DNA of 38,074 bases, taken from the IMG/VR virus record IMGVR_UViG_3300011403_000023, positions 1 through 38,074 of that record. One strand, given 5' to 3'. The position numbers and the translations under genes are program-made. Shown piece by piece: positions 16,600 through 25,800 of the stretch (position 1 is the first letter of the stretch; every line of letters begins with the position of its first letter). The notes below the pieces were generated by a model, which was not told the origin of the DNA, did no database searches, and worked only from the letters and a program-made list of their open reading frames with translations. This stretch comes from a virus. Lineage: Duplodnaviria > Caudoviricetes.

Positions 16600-17060
16600 T
16601 GCCGCTCTACCTCTTCCGCTCTGAGGACGGGACCGAACGCGAGGAGCTGTACAAGGCGGGCGAGGCGCCCTCACTCGGTGAGTGGACGACGCTCGACGGG
16701 ACGCGGTATCAGCGCGTGATCGAGATGCCTCAGCTTGCGAACAGCAAGGGGACGCCAAACTTCCGGCTGCACTCGAACGCGCTGCCCGACATCAAAGCGG
16801 TTCAGTTCCAGGAGGCGCAGGCGCGCAAGTACGGACTGCCGATGCCGGTGAAGGCGAAGCGGTACGACGAGGTAGGCCGGCCGGTGTTTCGCTCGACACA
16901 GGAGCTTGCGGAGCACTGCAAGCGTGACGGGCGGTACAGCGTGGGCAACCCGAAAGAGGTGTGCCAGGAGGCGCGCCGTCCTATGGCCGAGGTACGGAAA
17001 ACGCAGCTCGCCGAGGTGGCGCAGCGCGAGAAGCAGAGCAAGGCCCCGATAGTGAGGTGA
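16599..17060 (+). CDS. FmdB-like post-portal protein lacking the zinc-ribbon cysteines
   Basis: MPLYLF...G...E...RVI pattern and typical position after the portal gene. Confidence 0.5.
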   Translation: MPLYLFRSEDGTEREELYKAGEAPSLGEWTTLDGTRYQRVIEMPQLANSKGTPNFRLHSNALPDIKAVQFQEAQARKYGLPMPVKAKRYDEVGRPVFRSTQELAEHCKRDGRYSVGNPKEVCQEARRPMAEVRKTQLAEVAQREKQSKAPIVR

Positions 17061-17064
17061 CGCT

Positions 17065-17736
17065 ATGGCAGGAACACAAATAGGCTGGCCGACCGGGGCG
17101 ACAGATGCGGCGATCATCACCGCGTGGGACGAGTTCGACGCGCACCAGACGGGCGCGTTGACGCTGGCTGAGTTCCAGGTGCTCGCCCAAAAAGCCGCCT
17201 ACGGGCACAGTCGCGGCGTGCGGTCCGGCGCCGCAGCAACGCTCATCGCAGGATATAGCGGGACAGCATCAACGCTGCAAGCGTTGCTGCCTCGTGGGGG
17301 GATGTCGGCGCCCATCACTGCCGCCAACGTTGTGGACTTTACGACGGCCGATTCGACTCCAGATTGGGTGTGGGACGAGGAGCTGGAACAGTACACGGCC
17401 ACGATCGAGATCGAGTGCGTCGTCGATGATGATCTCGTGTGGCTTGATGCAGCAATATCGCCGCATCTACCGTTCGTAGTCGAGCCGCAAGCTCCGGCGA
17501 CGGGGTGTATTCAGATTGGCGAGATTGTGAACGAGGACCCGTTCACCATGACGACTTCAATCAAGATGGCGGGAAGCGTTCCTCCAGTTCCAGGAAGCGA
17601 CGCCATTGCCGGAGTCTACGACGTTGTTCTGACGATGCTGACTGAGGCCGGCCTAGGCCAGGGGCCGCAGCTCATCCTGCCCAAGCTCGCGTTCTTCACG
17701 CTGACCGCGCCTCCGACCGAGGCGCCGCCGCCCTAG
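17065..17736 (+). CDS. Acidic protein with an EF-hand-like N-terminus
   Basis: RBS GAGG. AWDEF-DAHQTGALTLAE-F followed by a beta-rich acidic region. Confidence 0.55.
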   Translation: MAGTQIGWPTGATDAAIITAWDEFDAHQTGALTLAEFQVLAQKAAYGHSRGVRSGAAATLIAGYSGTASTLQALLPRGGMSAPITAANVVDFTTADSTPDWVWDEELEQYTATIEIECVVDDDLVWLDAAISPHLPFVVEPQAPATGCIQIGEIVNEDPFTMTTSIKMAGSVPPVPGSDAIAGVYDVVLTMLTEAGLGQGPQLILPKLAFFTLTAPPTEAPPP

Positions 17737-17776
17737 ACCAACCAACCACCACAACTAGGCCAGCCGTTCGGGCGGT

Positions 17777-19033
17777 GTGGCGAAGGCAACCCCTTCCACC
17801 CCCATGCCCGAACAACTCTCTCCCGAACGCAGCGTCGTCGTAGATCGGCGCGTCGATACCACCCTGGCCGCGCGTGACGCTGCGGCGATCATGCGCGGTG
17901 AGCGCGCCTCGAAGGTGGTCGAGGAGGCCGATCTAGCCGCAGACGACCCGAGCGCGATGGATCCCACCAAGGATCCCGCGTGGGCGGCGTACCAGCAGGC
18001 GCTCTCGGCGAACCAGATCCCGCCGCAGCGCACTGCCTCCGACGTGGAGAAGTTCATCGTTGAGCAGGTCGGCGGGCACGAGATCGCCGACGCGCTCAAG
18101 AACCTGAACAAGCCGCCCGAGGCGGCCAAGCCCGCCACGGCGCCTCAGCAGCCCGCCAAGGAGGCCGCGCCGGCACAGGCAGCCCAACCGAACACCGACA
18201 CGCCCGAGGCGCTACAGGCACGCACAAGCGCGCTCGCAGCCCTCAAGCGTGACGGGTGGACCGAAGCAGCGATCAAGAAGCTCGCCGACGATGAGCTTCT
18301 CCAGATCGGCACAGCACGTTTCAAGTCTCAGACGGATGTCGATTCCTCGATAGCGGACCTCAGGACTCGCCTTGGGCAGGCCGGCAACAAGCCGAAGCCC
18401 GACGCGGCGAACGAAGTGGATGCGACCCGGGTCAGCGGTGGCCCCGAACAAACTGCATCCCCAACCTTCGACGTCTCGGTCAAAGCAGCCGCAGAGGCGC
18501 TCGGTAAGCAATTCACCGAGCAGTTTGGAGAGGACATCGGCAAGCCGGTCGGGACGGCGATGGAAGCCGCACTGCGGCAGATTTCACAGCCGCTACTGGC
18601 TCAGAACCAGCAACTCTCGCAGGGGCTCGAGGCCGTTGCGGGATACCTGGTCGAGTCGGCAGCGCGCGACATCAAACGCGAGTGGCGTACCGAGTACCCC
18701 GCCGCGCTGGCTGGTGACACCTGGGCGAAGATCCAAGACACTCAGGAGAAGCTGGCGAAGACCGGAAGTTACCAGGGGCTAGAAGGCATCTTCGAGTCCT
18801 TCGAGCACGCGCGTCGGATCGTGCTTCCTGGTGCGCAGCCGGTATCCGTCTCTGCCCGAGACGCGCAAGAACAGCAGTTGAACGATATCAAGGCAGCCGC
18901 ACGTCCGATCGTCGGTGGGCGCACGCCTGGGGTCACTACGAAGAGCGCCGACATGGAGCTCTACGAGAAGTACCTACAGGCGAACAAGCTCTCGGCATCG
19001 GTGCAGGCCAGCCTTACCGGCGTCACGCAGTAG
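17777..19033 (+). CDS. Capsid scaffolding protein (putative)
   Basis: A/E/Q/P-rich helical protein immediately upstream of the MCP. Start may be ATG 17804. Confidence 0.65.
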   Translation: MAKATPSTPMPEQLSPERSVVVDRRVDTTLAARDAAAIMRGERASKVVEEADLAADDPSAMDPTKDPAWAAYQQALSANQIPPQRTASDVEKFIVEQVGGHEIADALKNLNKPPEAAKPATAPQQPAKEAAPAQAAQPNTDTPEALQARTSALAALKRDGWTEAAIKKLADDELLQIGTARFKSQTDVDSSIADLRTRLGQAGNKPKPDAANEVDATRVSGGPEQTASPTFDVSVKAAAEALGKQFTEQFGEDIGKPVGTAMEAALRQISQPLLAQNQQLSQGLEAVAGYLVESAARDIKREWRTEYPAALAGDTWAKIQDTQEKLAKTGSYQGLEGIFESFEHARRIVLPGAQPVSVSARDAQEQQLNDIKAAARPIVGGRTPGVTTKSADMELYEKYLQANKLSASVQASLTGVTQ

Positions 19034-19060
19034 CGCGGCGCCTCACAAGGAGACAACCAC

Positions 19061-20296
19061 ATGGCCACCGCAATGGACCCGTTCAGCATGTTCATGCTGA
19101 TCACGGGGCCGGCGTTCTTGAAGGACGACGAGTCCGTCATCAACGCCGTAGTCAAGAACAGTTATCTCTTGCCGCGCTTCATGGACGGCAAGGACATGGA
19201 TCTTCTGCTGCAAGGAGGCACGAAGATTCAGGACGTGATCTATCTCAACGAGGACTCGGACGCCGAGTTCTACAAGTCGAACGAGCAGGACTTCACCGTC
19301 CGGAACCAACAGGTGGGTACGAGCTGGGAAGCCAACTGGCGCCTGCTCAAGAACTCGACCTCATGGACGGACCTGGAGATCGGGCTCAACGGGGGCGACA
19401 GCTCCACGATGGGCGGTATCGGTGCGTTCCACCGGTACAAGCGGATCCAGAAGCTCAAGCACATGAACCTCTGGACGACCCAGATCCACAAGATGGAGGA
19501 CGCGCTGACTTCCACGCCGTCCTTCGCCGAGATGGAGACGGGCGACGGGAAGTTCCCGTACTCGCTGGGCTGCTTCATCACTGGCCCGAACAGCGCGGGC
19601 AACGTTGGCGTGCCGAACACGGCCGCTGGCGCGTGGACGACCGTCGAGCAGATCCAAGGATTCGTGGCGACCGCTGCGCCGGCTGCTGGAACCGCTGCGT
19701 CCAAGTGGCGTAACCAGAGCGCGACCTTTGCCGGCGGTGACATGACCGCTGGGCAAGAGCGATTCTGGACGGGGATGCGCGAGCTGCACCACAAGTGCAA
19801 GTTCGAGCGTCTGCCCCGCTTCGGGAGTTACTCCGAGCCTTCTCGTTCACCGTCGTTCTACGCGGTGAGCTTGTGGGGCCTGGCGCTCGCCGAAATGTGC
19901 ATGAGGTCTGAGCAGGACGCGTACCTCGCCGGCCGTCAAGACCCGGCCTGGCCCGCTCCGATGTTCAACGGCGTGCCGTTCGTGTTCGTGCCCGCGTTGG
20001 GCACATCGGTCATGTACAACAACCAGAACGGCACGGCAGTGCTCGGTTCCGAAACCACGTCGAACGTGGCCGGTCCGCGCGTGCTCGCCGTGAACGGCAA
20101 GGTGTTGAACATGATTATGCACAAGGATCGTGTGATGTACCGCACGCCTCCGGCTCACCCGGATCGTCAACCGTTCACGACGGTGATGTTTACGGACACC
20201 TGGTACAACGTCGTGTGTCAGAACCGGCGCGAGCTGGGCATCCTGACGCCGACGACCGCCGTCACCACTCCCGCCGCGCCGTCGGCCGGTATCTAG
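19061..20296 (+). CDS. Major capsid protein
   Basis: Strong RBS AAGGAG, 411 aa, follows the scaffold gene. Motifs GG.KI, W.N, FNGVPF and CQNRR..G are typical of HK97-fold podophage coats. Confidence 0.85.
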   Translation: MATAMDPFSMFMLITGPAFLKDDESVINAVVKNSYLLPRFMDGKDMDLLLQGGTKIQDVIYLNEDSDAEFYKSNEQDFTVRNQQVGTSWEANWRLLKNSTSWTDLEIGLNGGDSSTMGGIGAFHRYKRIQKLKHMNLWTTQIHKMEDALTSTPSFAEMETGDGKFPYSLGCFITGPNSAGNVGVPNTAAGAWTTVEQIQGFVATAAPAAGTAASKWRNQSATFAGGDMTAGQERFWTGMRELHHKCKFERLPRFGSYSEPSRSPSFYAVSLWGLALAEMCMRSEQDAYLAGRQDPAWPAPMFNGVPFVFVPALGTSVMYNNQNGTAVLGSETTSNVAGPRVLAVNGKVLNMIMHKDRVMYRTPPAHPDRQPFTTVMFTDTWYNVVCQNRRELGILTPTTAVTTPAAPSAGI

Positions 20297-20307
20297 GAGA
20301 GCCACCA

Positions 20308-20853
20308 ATGAGTTCCACAGGTATTGTTTCTGCTGGCGGCAACGGGCGAGGCCCGCGCTTTCCTCGCCTCGCCAGCGTGTTCATCGCACGTTCGACCGTG
20401 CTCGCAGGTGGTGTTTACATCATGTGCGAGAACAACGGCGCATCGCCTGACAGCGCCGCCGTCACGGTCTCCAACAGCAACGCCGACAACGGCACGCTGG
20501 CCAACGCCATCGCAGTCGGGACGAACGCTGCGGCCGGCATGGTGACCGCCACCTCTGGTGGTGGCGAACTGGCGGTTCTGATCCTCGCCACCGAAGCGGC
20601 GGCCACCGGGGCGCCGTTCATCGGTCTTCTGGAGGGGTACTACGTCGATGCGTTGGTCACGACCGCCGGTAGCGGTGTGCCGCGCAAGCCGTTGTATCCG
20701 CGCACGACCGGCGTGCTGCAAGACGTTGGCTCGAACGTGGGCTCTCCCGCGCACGGGCGGCTCTTGCAGGACGTTGGCACCATCACCGCGACCCTGACCA
20801 AAGTCCACTTCTGTGGACTCCCTGGTGGGTTCTCGGTGGGCCCTGGCACGTAG
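20308..20853 (+). CDS. Capsid cement/decoration protein (putative)
   Basis: RBS AGGAG. A/G/T/V-rich, directly after the MCP and before a hairpin. Confidence 0.6.
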   Translation: MSSTGIVSAGGNGRGPRFPRLASVFIARSTVLAGGVYIMCENNGASPDSAAVTVSNSNADNGTLANAIAVGTNAAAGMVTATSGGGELAVLILATEAAATGAPFIGLLEGYYVDALVTTAGSGVPRKPLYPRTTGVLQDVGSNVGSPAHGRLLQDVGTITATLTKVHFCGLPGGFSVGPGT

Positions 20854-20872
20854 GTTTCAGGTTTCTCGGCTT

Positions 20873-20914
20873 GGGGGGCGGAGGCCCGAACCTCCGCCCC
20901 TCGGCCTCTTCTCT
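20873..20914 (+). terminator. Hairpin after the capsid genes (terminator or attenuator)
   Basis: GGGGGGCGGAGG-CCCGAA-CCTCCGCCCCTC followed by a weak pyrimidine tract. Confidence 0.55.
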
Positions 20915-20930
20915 CGAAGGAGCTTCTCTC

Positions 20931-21221
20931 ATGGTTGTGGCGAGAAAAGGATCATTCGCAGGCGCCTACGAGACGCTCACCATTGCGGCCACAGCGCTTG
21001 GCCCAAGCGCGGCATTCCACACGTCCGCCTGGGCCATCTTCGGGCCAGGCGAGACGGGGGATACCGTGCGCTGGCGTGACGACGGAACGGACCCGACCAC
21101 GCTTGTGGGGCATCTGCTGGCCGCTGGTGCAACGCTCACCTACTACGGTGACTGCTCGAAGATCAAGTTCATCCGCACAGGCGCGACGAGCATGACGTTG
21201 CCAACGAGCTACTACCGATGA
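20931..21221 (+). CDS. Small virion protein, paralog 1
   Basis: RBS AAGGAG. VRWRDDGTDPT..VGH motif, beta-rich. Confidence 0.7.
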   Translation: MVVARKGSFAGAYETLTIAATALGPSAAFHTSAWAIFGPGETGDTVRWRDDGTDPTTLVGHLLAAGATLTYYGDCSKIKFIRTGATSMTLPTSYYR

Positions 21222-21520
21222 CCGTTGCACGAAAAGGCGGATGGGCGTGCGTGGGATTCGAGACGCTCACTGTTGCCGGTACGCCGATCGGCCCAACGTC
21301 AACCTTTCACACGGCGGCGTGGGCGCTGTTCGGTCCGACCGAGGGCACGTCGCCGTTCCGGATTCGATGGCGTGACGACGGGACGCAGCCGACCGGAGGC
21401 GTCGGGCACATCATCGGCGAGGGCGAGACGTTCCTGTTCTACGGCGACCTGTCGAAGCTCCAGTTCATCCGTGTGACCGCAGAGAACTCCGCCACCGTCC
21501 CCGTGAGCTACTACAAGTGA
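21218..21520 (+). CDS. Small virion protein, paralog 2
   Basis: Colinear homolog of 20931..21221 (IRWRDDGTQPT..VGH, ends in SYYK). Confidence 0.7.
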   Translation: MTVARKGGWACVGFETLTVAGTPIGPTSTFHTAAWALFGPTEGTSPFRIRWRDDGTQPTGGVGHIIGEGETFLFYGDLSKLQFIRVTAENSATVPVSYYK

Positions 21521-21528
21521 GGCCCTAG

Positions 21529-22866
21529 ATGGTGCTCGCTTCCATCGCCGGGAACATCGTCCGCTACACGCTGGGCGCACAGGCGGGCGAGCTGGAACTG
21601 ACGGCGGTGCCGCCGGTCGCCATCTTGAACTCGGCGCAGGAACTCCTGTGCAACATGCGCCCGTGGCGCTGGCTCAGGCGACACTCGGTCCCGCTATCGT
21701 TCCTGAAGGATCAGCCCTGGGTGGATCTCCCGCAGGACTTCCGCGAGCTGATCGGCGTGCAGGCGTCACAGTCGCAGACGCGGCGCTTCATGGCGACGGG
21801 CATCGACGAGATCCTCTCCTTGCGCACCGGGACCGTGCAGACGACCGGGCTCTTCTCGACGTACTTCGCGGTAGAGACGGCGGTTCCTGAGACGAAGAAC
21901 CTGCTCGGCGCGACGGAGAACTTCGCCGACGCATCGCAGTGGGACGTGTCGCTCGTCACGGGGACAATCGAATCCACGGTGGCCCCGAACGGGCTCACGA
22001 CGGCGGACACGCTGACCTCGACGAACGCGGCGGGGCGTGTGACGCAGGGTGCGCCGGCGTCGCGGCTCCTCACCGGGCGCCCCTACATCGCAAGCGTACA
22101 CCTCAAGGCGGGCACGGCGACGACGAACGATCTCGAGCTGCGCCAGGTCGGCCCTGGCTCGCCGGGCGAGACGAGCGAACGCAGCGCAGAGACGATTGCG
22201 CGCGTCACTTGGACGGGCGGCGTGGCTGCGGTGACGCTACAGGACAGTAGCGGGGATGGCGTGCACGAGGTTGGCGCGGAGGACGTGGGCGACGGGTGGT
22301 ATCGCGTCTGGCTCGCGGCCACGTACGACGCCGACGACGCGAAGCCGAGCGCGGAGATGCTGCTCCGGATTCGCCCGGACACGACCTCGGGGCTTGGGAG
22401 CGTGGTGGTGTGGGGCGCGCAGATGGAACGCTACGACGGGGACCTGACGCGCATCGCGCCGACCAGGTACGAGTCCAACGCGGGCGCGTCCCCTGAGAAC
22501 TTCGGTGAGCCGGTGCGGCGCCTCGCCGTGTGGCCCACCCCGTCCGAGGACCAGCACGGGGCGCTCTCGGTCGTCTACCGGCGCCGCCCTCGGCGCATCA
22601 TCTCGGAAACCGAGACCATCGAAATCCCGACGTGGTGCGAGGATCTCTTTTTCGACGTGTGCCGGATCACTGCACGCGGGGCGCACGAGGAGGACGACGG
22701 GCACCTGTACGCGCGCCTCGACGACCTCCGGGGATCGATGCTGTTCAACGACGCGGTGCAGCAGGACGAGAGCGAGCAGCGCAGCCTCGGGCCGATGCGG
22801 GGGCTCGCGTGGCAGAGTGGCGTAGTGGGCCGGGATTGGTCGGTAGACCGAGTGGCGATGCCGTGA
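21529..22866 (+). CDS. Head-tail adaptor (tail tubular A-like) with an inserted carbohydrate-binding-like domain
   Basis: Adaptor motifs LN.AQ..LC..RPW.WL, LP.DF and VWPTP...L.V.Y flank an inserted NLL..ENF...GWYR...WGAQ.E domain. Confidence 0.7.
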   Translation: MVLASIAGNIVRYTLGAQAGELELTAVPPVAILNSAQELLCNMRPWRWLRRHSVPLSFLKDQPWVDLPQDFRELIGVQASQSQTRRFMATGIDEILSLRTGTVQTTGLFSTYFAVETAVPETKNLLGATENFADASQWDVSLVTGTIESTVAPNGLTTADTLTSTNAAGRVTQGAPASRLLTGRPYIASVHLKAGTATTNDLELRQVGPGSPGETSERSAETIARVTWTGGVAAVTLQDSSGDGVHEVGAEDVGDGWYRVWLAATYDADDAKPSAEMLLRIRPDTTSGLGSVVVWGAQMERYDGDLTRIAPTRYESNAGASPENFGEPVRRLAVWPTPSEDQHGALSVVYRRRPRRIISETETIEIPTWCEDLFFDVCRITARGAHEEDDGHLYARLDDLRGSMLFNDAVQQDESEQRSLGPMRGLAWQSGVVGRDWSVDRVAMP

Positions 22867-22867
22867 G

Positions 22868-25800
22868 ATGCGCGAACTCGTCCCCATCGTTCCGCCGAAG
22901 CAGGGTCTGAACGACGCGAAGGCGTACAGCGAGCAGCCCCCGCAGAGCACCAGCCTCTCCCGGAACATGCGGACGCAGCAAGCCTCGACGGGCAGGCTGC
23001 GCGTCTCACAGCGCGCCGGGTATCGCCTCTGGAGCCCTCGGGCGATCCTCACCAACCGGCTCGCCTTCACCGAGGATCTTTCCCACTTCCGGGACACGGT
23101 AGAGGGGGACCGCCCGTTCCCGGTCGAGGACGGGTGGACGGTAGCCGCATCGGGCGGGGCGGGCTCGTTCTCGTCCACTGCGGACGGGACGCTCGGCCCT
23201 GACCGCGTGAGCCCCGCACAGCTCGCCAAACAGCTCCTAGCGGGCTCAGGGCGTGCCGAGGTCGGGCAGACCTTCGATCCGCTGGACCCGCCCACGTCGC
23301 TTCTGGCGAAGGCTGGGGCCACATGGCTCCGCACGGCCAGCCGAGACCTGATGTTCTCGGTCTACATGAAGGTCGGGGACGCGACGACGACGCAGCTCTC
23401 GATCCGGCAGGGTACGACCGTGGAGGTCTCCGGCGCCCCGTTCACGCGCCTCACGATCACTTGGACAGCCGGGGTGGCCTCGATCACCGCCACGAACACG
23501 GGAGGATCCGGCTCGCACCAGAGCGGGCTAACGGACGAGGGGAACGGCTGGTATCGCATCTGGGCCAGCATCACCTGGAACCTCGGGTTCGAGCCGACCG
23601 CGCCGACGCTGCGGTGCCTCGTGCAGCCGAACCTGACGGACACGACCGTCAAGGGCACGTACCTCTGGGGCGCGCAGCTCGAGCTGGTGCCCACGGCGAC
23701 GACCGAGCCGACGCGGTACGAGCCGGTCCTCGGCAAGAACGACACGCTCGGCACGCGCAAGGGCGCGGCGCTCCACGCGGTGAACCATCTCCAGCGGCGC
23801 CTCGACTACCGGCGCCGGCAGACGATCGTGGCGGACCGCAGCGTGCAGACGCCCGCGAAGGCATCGGCCTACGCCATCGCCTACGACCGGCAGCGCAACC
23901 GCTACCTCCTCGAAGCTCAGGCGGTGGTCAAGTACAGCTCGCAGGGCACGCTGATCTTTTCTATCCCGGTGCCGATCGACGACCCTAACCACGTCTGTCA
24001 AGCCCTGCACCTGGACGAGGTGGATCAGATCTACGTAGGCGTCACGTCGGGCGGGGACGCAGCGAAGGCGCGGCTCTTCTGCTTCCGGCAAGGCCCCGAG
24101 GTGGTCGGCGGTGAGGTGCGGGAGGACTCGCACCATCTGCACTGGAGCGTCCTGACGGGACAGTACGTCGTCAACATCAAGAGTCATGAGGGCGTGCTCT
24201 ACACGCTCCAGGACGACCCTACGCGCACGCGGAGCGAGCTGGTGATGTACGACGCGCTCGACTTCGCGGAGCCCGAGGTGGCGCTCCGGAAGGTGACGCC
24301 GTACCCGAGCGCGGGCATGGCCATCAAGTCCGATGGGTCGATCGTCACCTGTCACACGACGAACCTGACGCGCGGGCTCGACCCGAGCGCCAACGGGAGC
24401 GACACGCTAGGTCCGTGGCCGACGGCGGTGGGCTGGACGCCGGAGAACAATCAGGCGAACTACGCCACGGCGGCGTGGGCCAGGCTGCGGTCTGACTACA
24501 TCCTCGGCCCGGGGCGCCGCACGATCGACGACTTCGATGCGGACGAAGAGGTCACGGACTGGGTAGACCACACGGGGAAACAGCGGAACGCCTACAAATT
24601 CGGGGGGGGCCTGCACGCGGGGCCGACGGCGAACCTGCGCGGGATGTCAGGGATCCCCGGTGTCAAGTTCAACGGCATCGATCAGGCGCTCACGAGCAAC
24701 CCGAACCCTGGCACGGACGAGACGAACCTCGACTTGCACAGGACGCTCATCCCCTCATACGACGGCGCCAAGTCCACCACGTTCGTCGTGTTCCGTCCGG
24801 CGTTCAAGGCAGTGCAGGGCGCTGTGATCGGGCAGCCCATGACGGGCGCCGTGGCTGCGCCTGCAAACCACTACGTCGTGTGCGCCAACCGCGACGACAC
24901 GGACACGATTGCCGCGCCGTCCCGAGGGCGCGTGTCGCTCTACGATGACACGACCGGCAGCGCGGACGTAGCGGTCGGCACGGGGGCTCAGCCGCAGAGT
25001 GCGCTGATCGAGTCGGGCGGACTCGTCAACTTCTGCATTATGGCGATGAAGCGTTCGGCTGTTGCCGCCGAGGGGGAGATGCGCGTCAATGGCTCGCTCA
25101 TCGAGCCCACCTATGCCTCGATCGCCGCAGCCGGGGAAGGGGCCACCACGCTCGGCTACTACGAGCAGAACTCGGGCTTCGGGTTCTTCGAGGGCGAGCT
25201 GCTCGAGGTGCTCGTCTACAATTCGCTGCTCTCAACCACGGACGTTCAGCTTCACGAGGGATACTTCGCCAACTACTACGGCGGACAGGGGCGCCTCGAC
25301 GCGGCGCACCCCTACAAGCTCACTCCCGGCGCGGGCCTCCTGGTGCCATCGACGGCGCCGATCCCGACCGGGAAGGCCGATGTCAACAAGCTGAACCACC
25401 GGAGCACGATCCTCGCCAAGTTCGCCCCGGGTGGCGACCTCAAGTGGACGGTCGTGGACTATTTCGGCGTGGGCTACGACGTGGCGCTCGACCCATCCGG
25501 CAACATCTTCTCGCTGGGCGAGTACAACGCGACCGAGGGGGCGCCGAGCGTAGGGACGCCCGCGTTGCCGGCGAACCGGGGCGAGCAGGGCTGGCTGCGC
25601 AAGGTCATCGACAACGGGGAGAGCGCCGACCCGGACGACTTCGTTGCGGACTGGACGCAGAACAAGCTCCAGCTCCTCGGCGTATCGGTCGGGCGCGACT
25701 TCTCGGATGCGTTCTGGACGAAGACCAACGTAACGGTCACGACGAACACGACGGGCGACCCGATCGGGTCCAGCACGGCGGACACGCTCACGACGACCGT

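Noticed and set aside
13580-19987. Tat-ORF/MCP similarity, and the fibre-tip duplication, considered as DGR template/variable repeats
   Set aside because: The differences are not adenine-specific and no reverse transcriptase is present in the window.
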